Of a stretch of DNA of 30,060 nucleotides, positions 23,301 through 30,060 are shown piece by piece. The stretch lies in assembly GCA_964557715.1 (NCBI GenBank), contig CAZLAP010000044.1, positions 1 to 30,060 on the forward strand. Reading direction: 5' to 3'. The notes beneath the pieces were generated by a model. The model had not been told where the DNA came from. It made no database searches and saw nothing but the letters and a program-made list of their open reading frames with translations. Position 1 is the stretch's first letter. Each line of letters opens with the position of its first letter. The stretch comes from an uncultured Candidatus Saccharibacteria bacterium (GTDB lineage: Bacteria; Patescibacteriota; Minisyncoccia; Minisyncoccales; RBG-13-42-11). A program made the position numbers and the translations under genes.

Positions 23301-24319
23301 TTTTAGCTTTAAACTGCGGTTCTCAATCAATAAAATACAAGCTTTTTGAAAATAATTTTCAGTTGGTTAAAGAAAAGGGAAAGATTATTAAAAAAAACAA
23401 AGAATACGATAAAACTTTAAGGGAAGAATTAACAAAGTTAAAAAATTTTGAAGGCAAAATTGAGAAAATTTGCCACAGAGTTGTTCATGGAGCAGACAGG
23501 TTCAGAGATCCCGTAAAAATAACAAAAGCGGTTTTGAGCGATTTGAAAAAATGCAGCAGATTTGCGCCGCTTCATAATCCTTACAATATTTTGGGCATAG
23601 AAATCAGTTCAAAAATATTCCCGCAAGCAAAAGAAATAGCGGTTTTTGACACAGGGTTTTATAAAAATCTTCCGGAAAAAGCTTTTTTATACCCTTTGCC
23701 GGAAAGCCTGAGAAAAAAATACGGTTTCAGGCGTTTCGGATTTCACGGACTCTCCCATGAATATGTTGCCAGAGAGGGAGCAAAAAAAATAAAACGATCA
23801 TTCAACAGGTTAAACATTATCACCTGTCATTTGGGCGGAGGATCTTCTGTAACAGCTATAAAATCAGGCAGGGTTATTGATACGTCTATGGGTTTTACTC
23901 CCTTGGAAGGACTGGTTATGATGACAAGAACAGGGGATATTGACCCGGGCATTTTACTGCAAATAGGCAAAGAAATGTCTTTTAAAAAAACAGATGAAAT
24001 TTTAAACAATTCATCCGGCATAAAGGGAATTTGCGGATTGTCGGAAATGACAGAAGTTTTAAAAGCGGCAAAAAAGGGAAACAAAAAGGCCAAAACAGCT
24101 CTTGATGTTTTTGTTTACCGCCTTCAGAAATACATCGGCTCATATTTCGCGCTTTTGGGCAAATGCGATTTATTGATTTTTACCGGAGCTATTGGCGCAG
24201 GTTCTTCCATAATAAGGGAAATGGTCGTTAAAAATTTAAACATTTTAAGAAAAACTAAAATATTGGCTATAAAGACCGACGAAGAGCTGCAAATAGCCAA
24301 GAAATCAAAAAATTTATGA
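23297..24319 (+). CDS. ackA: Acetate/propionate kinase (compact)
   Basis: LNCGS.SIKY, HRVVHG, PLHNP, FDT, GFHGLSH, HLGGGSS, MGFTPLEG, TDEEL. ATGA overlap with pduL. Confidence 0.94.
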   Translation: MILALNCGSQSIKYKLFENNFQLVKEKGKIIKKNKEYDKTLREELTKLKNFEGKIEKICHRVVHGADRFRDPVKITKAVLSDLKKCSRFAPLHNPYNILGIEISSKIFPQAKEIAVFDTGFYKNLPEKAFLYPLPESLRKKYGFRRFGFHGLSHEYVAREGAKKIKRSFNRLNIITCHLGGGSSVTAIKSGRVIDTSMGFTPLEGLVMMTRTGDIDPGILLQIGKEMSFKKTDEILNNSSGIKGICGLSEMTEVLKAAKKGNKKAKTALDVFVYRLQKYIGSYFALLGKCDLLIFTGAIGAGSSIIREMVVKNLNILRKTKILAIKTDEELQIAKKSKNL

Positions 24320-26697
24320 AAAATAGCAAAAAAAATATTCTTTGGTTTAAAGAAGTAGGCAAGAAAGACGTGCCTCTTGTTGGCGGCAAAAACGCTTCTT
24401 TGGGAGAAATGCTCTCTCATTTGCCAAAAAAAGGAATTAATGTTCCTGACGGTTTTGCTTTAACCAGTCAGGCTTATTGGTATTTTTTAAAAGAAAACAA
24501 GCTTGAGAAAAAACTTAAAGAGTTGGTCAAGAATTTAAATTACGGAAATATAAAAAACATTCAGGAAATAGGCAGGGTTACTCGCAGGCTGATTTTAAAC
24601 GGAAAATTTCCCAAAGATTTGGAAAAGGAAATTATTTCAGCCTATAAAAAATTATCAAAAAGTTACGGTGAAAAAAATACGGATGTTGCTGTTCGTTCTT
24701 CGGGCGTAGCGGAAGACGCGCCGACAGATTCTTTTGCCGGCCAATTTGAAACGTTTTTGAATATAAAAGGCGAAAAAGAATTGTTGAAATCGTTAAAAGA
24801 GTGCTTGGCGTCCAGTTTTAACGACAGGGTTATTGTTTATCGCCAGGAAAAGAAAATCTCTCATTTGGATTTTGCTCTTTCTGTCGGCGTTCAAAAAATG
24901 GCCAGGAGCGATTTGGCTTCTTCCGGGATAATGTTCACTTTGGATACGGAAACCGGATTTCCCGACGTTGTTTTGATAAATTCCATTTTCGGAATCGGAG
25001 AAATGATTGTTAAGGGCCAGATAACGCCAGACGAGTTTTACGTTTTCAAACCTACTTTAAAAAAGGGGTTTAAGTCCATTATTTTAAAAAACTTAGGCAA
25101 AAAAGACAAAAAATACATTTATTCCAAGACCGGCGGATTGAAAGAAGTAAAAGTTCCGGAACAGCAGCAATTAAAATTTTCTTTGAATGACGAAGAAATT
25201 TTGAAACTGGCCCGCTGGGCGGTGATTATTGAAAATCATTATCAAAAACCTCAGGATATTGAATGGGCTAAAGACGGAAAAACAGGCGAGCTTTTTATCG
25301 TCCAATCAAGGCCGGAAACCGTTCATACAAAAGAAAGCGGTTTTTATCAGGAGTATGAAATAAAAACCAGCCAAAAGCCTATTTTAACCGGTACAGCCAT
25401 TGGCGACAAAATCGGCCAGGGAAAAGTCAGGGTGATTCCGAGCGTTTCCCACATTTCCAAACTTAAAAAAGGCGAAGTTTTGGTAACCAAAATGACTGAT
25501 CCGGATTGGGTAAGCGTTTTTCCGCTGGCTTCGGCAATTATCACTCAAGAAGGAGGCCGGGCTTGCCATGCAGCCATAGTCAGCCGGGAACTGGGCGTGC
25601 CGGCAATTGTTGGAGTGAAAAACGCAATAAAAATATTAAAAAACGGACAGGAAGTTACTGTGGACTGCACTTCAGGTTTGAACGGCAAAATTTTTTCAGG
25701 CAGAATTTCTTATCAAGTGAAAAAATATGATTTTAAAAAGATTCCCGACTTGAAGACGAAAATAATGATAAACATCGGCGCTCCTGAAATAGCCTTTAAA
25801 ACTTCTTTTTTGCCCAATTCCGGAGTGGGGTTGGCCAGGCAGGAATTTATCATTGCGGAAAAAATAAAAGTTCATCCTTTGGCTCTCTACCATTTTAATA
25901 AAATAAAAGATAAAAAGCTGAAGAAACAAATAAGCGAAATCACCAAAGAACACAAAGACAAAAAAGAATATTTTATTAAAGAATTAGCAGAGGGTATTGC
26001 CCAGATTGCTTCCGCCTTTTTTCCAAAGCCGGTTATTATCAGATTTTCCGATTTAAAAACCAATGAATACAGAACTTTATTGGGCGGAGAGTTTTTTGAG
26101 CCTGAAGAAGAAAATCCTATGTTGGGCTGGCGGGGAGCCTGCCGTTATCTGGATAAAAGTTTCCAGCCGGCTTTCCAAATGGAATGCCAGGCCATTAAAA
26201 GAGCCAGAGACGTTTTCGGGCTTAAAAATATTTCGGTTATGGTGCCTTTTTGCAGAACAGTGGAAGAAGGAAAAAAGGTTTTGGCTCTTATGAAAAAAAA
26301 CGGGCTGGCAAGAGGAAAAGACGGCTTAAAGGCTATTGTTATGTGTGAAATTCCCTCCAACGTGATTTTGGCTGAAGATTTTTTAAAGTTTTTTGACGGA
26401 ATGAGCATCGGTTCAAACGACTTAACCCAGTTGGTTTTGGGCATAGACAGGGATAATGCCAAAATCGCCTATATTTCAGACGAGAGAAACCGGGCTGTTA
26501 AAGAAATGATTAAAAAAGTAATTTCAATTTGCAAAAAAAAGAAAAAGTATATAGGGATTTGCGGTCAAGCGCCGAGCGATTTTCCCGAATTTGCCGAATT
26601 TTTAATGAAAGAAGGCATAGAATCAATTTCTTTAAATCCTGACAGCGTTATAAAAACAATACTGCTAATCGCTAAAAAACAAAAGAAAAAAACATAA
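24316..26697 (+). CDS. ppsA: Phosphoenolpyruvate synthase (pyruvate, water dikinase)
   Basis: VGGKNASLGEM, VRSS..AED...SFAGQ, DIEWA, GGRACHAAI phospho-His, SIGSNDLTQ, ICGQAPS. Confidence 0.95.
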   Translation: MKNSKKNILWFKEVGKKDVPLVGGKNASLGEMLSHLPKKGINVPDGFALTSQAYWYFLKENKLEKKLKELVKNLNYGNIKNIQEIGRVTRRLILNGKFPKDLEKEIISAYKKLSKSYGEKNTDVAVRSSGVAEDAPTDSFAGQFETFLNIKGEKELLKSLKECLASSFNDRVIVYRQEKKISHLDFALSVGVQKMARSDLASSGIMFTLDTETGFPDVVLINSIFGIGEMIVKGQITPDEFYVFKPTLKKGFKSIILKNLGKKDKKYIYSKTGGLKEVKVPEQQQLKFSLNDEEILKLARWAVIIENHYQKPQDIEWAKDGKTGELFIVQSRPETVHTKESGFYQEYEIKTSQKPILTGTAIGDKIGQGKVRVIPSVSHISKLKKGEVLVTKMTDPDWVSVFPLASAIITQEGGRACHAAIVSRELGVPAIVGVKNAIKILKNGQEVTVDCTSGLNGKIFSGRISYQVKKYDFKKIPDLKTKIMINIGAPEIAFKTSFLPNSGVGLARQEFIIAEKIKVHPLALYHFNKIKDKKLKKQISEITKEHKDKKEYFIKELAEGIAQIASAFFPKPVIIRFSDLKTNEYRTLLGGEFFEPEEENPMLGWRGACRYLDKSFQPAFQMECQAIKRARDVFGLKNISVMVPFCRTVEEGKKVLALMKKNGLARGKDGLKAIVMCEIPSNVILAEDFLKFFDGMSIGSNDLTQLVLGIDRDNAKIAYISDERNRAVKEMIKKVISICKKKKKYIGICGQAPSDFPEFAEFLMKEGIESISLNPDSVIKTILLIAKKQKKKT

Positions 26698-26699
26698 CA

Positions 26700-27704
26700 A
26701 TGTTCAATATAATTACTTTCGGCTCAGCCAGCCAGGACATATATGTAAAGTCAAGAAAGTTTCTGATTCTTTCAGGCAGGAATTTTAATACAGGCAAGGG
26801 AATTTGTTTGGCTTTGGGCTCAAAAAATAAAGTTGAGGATGTTTTTTTAAGCTTTGGCGGCGGCGGAACCAACACAGCGGCAACTTTTGTTAATCAAGGA
26901 TTGAAAACAGCCTGGTGCGGGCAGGTTGGCAATGATTATTTTGGCGATTTGGCTGTTGCCGAATTGAAGAAATTAAAAATCAGCGCTGAATTTACCAAAA
27001 AGGCGAAGAATCTGGCTACCAATATTTCCGTCTTTTTGACTTTTCCAGGCAAAGACCGAACAATTTTGATTCATCGAGGAGCTTCCGATGACCTGAAAAA
27101 AGACGATATTCCCTGGCAGAAGATAAAAAAAACAAAATGGTTTTATCTGGCTCCTTTTTCCGGCAAGCTGGCAAGTTTGACCGAAGATTTAGTCAATTTC
27201 GGCTGCAAGTTTAATATTAAAATTGCCTGGAACCCCGGCTACAATCAATTGAGGTTTTCAAAGCTTGTTTTGGCAAGAATTTTAAAGAAAATTGACATTT
27301 TAATTTTAAACCGGCAGGAAGCTTGTTTGTTGGCAAAGATTTCTTCTTATAAGGATGAAAAAGAGATTTTCAGAAAAATCGGCAAAATGACAAAAGGCAT
27401 AATTGTAATGACAAAAGGCCCGCGAGGTGCGGTTGTTTTTGACGGAAAATATACTTATAGTTCGCCAGCTATGCCGGCAAAGCTTGTTGACAGCACCGGA
27501 GCGGGCGATGCTTTCGGTTCGGGTTTTGTTGCCGGTATGATCAAGAAAAACGATATAATTTTTGCCGTTCAGCTGGCCAGCGCGAATTCAGCTTCTTGCA
27601 TAACTGAATGGGGGGCTAAAAAAGGATTGCTGGGAAAAAGCCAAAAATGGAGAAAAATAAAAGTTAAAAAAGAATTGTCTTCTAAAATTAATTATGCTGA
27701 ATAA
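26700..27704 (+). CDS. PfkB/ribokinase-family carbohydrate kinase
   Basis: GGGGTN..A, WNPG, DSTGAGDAFGSGF anion hole. Confidence 0.88.
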   Translation: MFNIITFGSASQDIYVKSRKFLILSGRNFNTGKGICLALGSKNKVEDVFLSFGGGGTNTAATFVNQGLKTAWCGQVGNDYFGDLAVAELKKLKISAEFTKKAKNLATNISVFLTFPGKDRTILIHRGASDDLKKDDIPWQKIKKTKWFYLAPFSGKLASLTEDLVNFGCKFNIKIAWNPGYNQLRFSKLVLARILKKIDILILNRQEACLLAKISSYKDEKEIFRKIGKMTKGIIVMTKGPRGAVVFDGKYTYSSPAMPAKLVDSTGAGDAFGSGFVAGMIKKNDIIFAVQLASANSASCITEWGAKKGLLGKSQKWRKIKVKKELSSKINYAE

Positions 27705-28575
27705 AAAAATAAAATATAAAATATTAAAAACAGCTCAACGAAAAAAATGGGCGATCGGGCAGTTCAATGTTTCAAACATTGAAGTTCTGAAGGGCGTGTT
27801 TGCGGCGGCCAAGAAATTGAAAAGCCCAATTATTATCGGTACTTCGGAAGGAGAAAGCAGATTTTTAGGCTTGAGGCAGACGCGCGCTTTAGTCAGTTTG
27901 CTTGAAAAAGAAACCGGGGTTCCGGCAATTCTTAATCTTGACCACGGCAGGACTTTAGATTATATTAAAGAGGCTATACGGGCCGGTTATGACGCAGTTC
28001 ATTTTGACGGCTCTCATTTGCCTATTCTGCAAAACATTGCCTTGGCCAAAAAAGTCGTAAGCTATGCTTCAAGATTCGGAGTGCTGGTGGAGGGAGAAGT
28101 GGGCAAAATTCCAGGCAATTCTAAGATTTTGAAAAAAGCTCTTGAAAGCAAAATAGAGGATTTGACCGATCCTGCTGTTGCTAAAAAGTTTGCAGAAGAA
28201 ACCAAGGTTGATAGTTTGGCTATAAACGTAGGCACGTTTCACGGCATTGCGGCTTCGGGTAGAAACCCTCATATAAACATTGAGCGAATAAAAGAGATTA
28301 AGAGGGTCTTAAAAGAAGAAGTTTTTCTGGTTTTGCACGGAGGTTCGGGTACTCCGGAGAAAGACATTAAAACGGCCGTAAAAAACGGCATTGTCAAGAT
28401 TAATATTAATACCGAGCTGAGAAAATCTTTTACAGCTGCCTTAAAAAAAGCTTTAAAGGAAAAACCAAATGAAATTATTCCTTACAAGTATTTGCCCCGG
28501 GCAATTTCAGCGGTTCAAAAAACGGTTGAAGAAAAAATAAAATTATTCGGAAGCAATAATAAAAACTTATGCTGA
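27694..28575 (+). CDS. fba: Class II fructose-bisphosphate aldolase
   Basis: QFNV, LDHG, VEGEVG, GTFHG, VLHGGSG, KININT. Confidence 0.93.
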   Translation: MLNKKIKYKILKTAQRKKWAIGQFNVSNIEVLKGVFAAAKKLKSPIIIGTSEGESRFLGLRQTRALVSLLEKETGVPAILNLDHGRTLDYIKEAIRAGYDAVHFDGSHLPILQNIALAKKVVSYASRFGVLVEGEVGKIPGNSKILKKALESKIEDLTDPAVAKKFAEETKVDSLAINVGTFHGIAASGRNPHINIERIKEIKRVLKEEVFLVLHGGSGTPEKDIKTAVKNGIVKININTELRKSFTAALKKALKEKPNEIIPYKYLPRAISAVQKTVEEKIKLFGSNNKNLC

Positions 28576-29237
28576 TTCTTAACGCGAAAAAAAGGGAGCT
28601 TTCCGGAAAAAAAGTTAAAAAAATAAGGGAAAAAGGAATTGTTCCGGCAATTTTGTACGGGCCGAAAATAAAAAACCTGCCTTTGGAGGTTGACTTAAAA
28701 GAATTTGAAAAGGTTTATCAAGAGACCGGAGAAAGCTCATTGATTCAGCTGGAGATTGACAGTAAGAAATTTTTGGTTTTGATTCATGCGGTTGAAATAG
28801 AAGCTATTTCTCAAAAGCCGATTCATATTGATTTTTACCAGCCAAGGCTGGATGAAGAAATTACAGCCACCGTGCCTTTAGTATTTGAAGGCGAAGCGCC
28901 GGCAGTAAAAAACTTGGGAGGCACTTTGCTGAAAAACATTCACGAATTGGAAGTAAAGGCTTTGCCTCATAATCTTCCTCATGAAATCAAAGTGGATATA
29001 AGCAAACTGGAAACTTTTGAAGAAAATATCTTGGTTAAAAACTTGATTATTCCCAAAGAAGTGAAAATTCTGAAAGAGCCTGAAGAGACAGTTGCTTTTG
29101 TTGCAGAACCTGAAAAAGTGGAAGAAGAGTTGGAAAAACCGGTTGAGGAAAAGGTTGAAGAAGTGGAGAAGGTGGAGGAGAAGAAAGAGAGCGAATCTGA
29201 GGCTGATGCTGAAGCGAACAAAGAAGAAAAAAAATAA
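28569..29237 (+). CDS. rplY: 50S ribosomal protein L25 (Ctc type, acidic tail)
   Basis: R..G.VPAILYG, PIHIDF, VPLVFEG..PAVK..GG.L, P.EI.VDIS.L. Confidence 0.93.
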   Translation: MLILNAKKRELSGKKVKKIREKGIVPAILYGPKIKNLPLEVDLKEFEKVYQETGESSLIQLEIDSKKFLVLIHAVEIEAISQKPIHIDFYQPRLDEEITATVPLVFEGEAPAVKNLGGTLLKNIHELEVKALPHNLPHEIKVDISKLETFEENILVKNLIIPKEVKILKEPEETVAFVAEPEKVEEELEKPVEEKVEEVEKVEEKKESESEADAEANKEEKK

Positions 29238-29249
29238 TTTTGCAGGTTG

Positions 29250-30023
29250 ATGTTTCCCCGCGCCGCTAAAATAATTCTATTGCTGATTTTAATGTTGGTT
29301 TTAGTTTTGCCCAATTTTTCTGTATTTTCCCAAACATCTTCAGAGCAGGAAAAAGCGGTGCTGGAAAAAGAGCTGAAAGAATTGGAAGAAAAAATCAGGC
29401 AATATGACATAGATATTACCAAAACAGAGGCTGAAAAACAAAGCTTGCAGTATCAAGTAAGCACTTTAAAAAATAAAATCAGCCAATTGGATCTTCAAAT
29501 CCGCAGGAGCAACATAGTGATACAAAACCTCGGTTTGCAGATTGAGGATACTGAAACTTCAATTCATAAAACCTCTCTTAAGATTGAAGATTTAAAGGAT
29601 AAACTGTCAGTTATCTTGCAGGAGATTTATGAAAAAGACCAGACTTCAGCCGTTGAAATTTTGTTTGCTGCGGCAACTTTGTCTGATTTTTTTGACAACT
29701 TAATGGCTCTGGAGACTTTGAATTCAAAAAGCCAGGAATTTTTGGAGGAGATTAAAGCTCTAAAAGAAACGCTGGAAAACCAGAAGCAGTCGCTAGACAG
29801 CGAAAAAACCGATTTAGAAAGAACAGTCAGAGTTCAGGCCCTTCAGAGGCAGGAAAGCGAAATAGTTAGGAAAGAACAGGAAGGGCTGCTGCAAATGACA
29901 GAGGCCCAATATCAGCAATATTTGAAAGAAAAACAGGAACTTGAAAAAAGAGCGGCTGAAATTATGTCAAGAATTACCCAATTGACTTTGCCCGGCCTGG
30001 AAGTGCCAAAGACCAATAAATAA
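29250..30023 (+). CDS. Secreted coiled-coil protein (PcsB/CwlO/EnvC-like N-terminus); the catalytic domain is probably beyond the stop or window edge
   Basis: Signal peptide, long heptad coiled coil and EILF....LSDFFD motif. The same frame continues LYELAKWA*NAA after TAA 30021. Confidence 0.7.
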   Translation: MFPRAAKIILLLILMLVLVLPNFSVFSQTSSEQEKAVLEKELKELEEKIRQYDIDITKTEAEKQSLQYQVSTLKNKISQLDLQIRRSNIVIQNLGLQIEDTETSIHKTSLKIEDLKDKLSVILQEIYEKDQTSAVEILFAAATLSDFFDNLMALETLNSKSQEFLEEIKALKETLENQKQSLDSEKTDLERTVRVQALQRQESEIVRKEQEGLLQMTEAQYQQYLKEKQELEKRAAEIMSRITQLTLPGLEVPKTNK

Positions 30024-30060
30024 CTGTATGAGTTGGCAAAGTGGGCGTGAAATGCTGCCG

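Noticed and set aside
15913-30050. Stop-codon reassignment (code 25 or TAG readthrough) to explain the in-frame stops in csoR and the last gene
   Set aside because: TGA ends xseB, gpmA, mnmA, grx, pduL and ackA, and TAG ends SOD, iscS and nnrD, all at expected positions. The interrupting stops are of three different kinds.

Overview
A 30 kb AT-rich chromosomal block with every supported gene on the + strand. It uses genetic code 11 (TGA is a stop in several genes). Gene content and AT-rich, mostly SD-less starts suggest a Patescibacteria/CPR (Parcubacteria-like) genome; that taxonomy is inference. Gene order: xseA (5'-truncated)-xseB; a structured intergenic region with an ncRNA candidate, related inverted repeats and a 54-aa membrane ORF; a LivJ-type binding protein plus a dCache-HAMP membrane receptor with no output domain; a membrane-anchored thioredoxin-fold protein and a Grx-CcdA-like protein; a divergent FtsZ; nnrD-trxB-eno-gpmA; iscR-iscS-iscU-mnmA with a clear IscR-type operator; a stand-alone NrdD C-terminal (glycyl-radical loop) protein; Fe/Mn SOD; a copper locus (csoR remnant, frameshifted membrane-HMA gene, intact copA); trxA-FTR-SDR-DUF1858; trx-like-grx-gap; pduL-ackA-ppsA-pfkB-fba-rplY; and a coiled-coil secreted protein at the right edge. 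I found no CRISPR array, tRNA, rRNA, integrase or transposase. The best leads are the mini-NrdD 'spare part' candidate, the SSB-like DIPF tail on XseB, the output-less receptor pair and the unexplained structured RNA.
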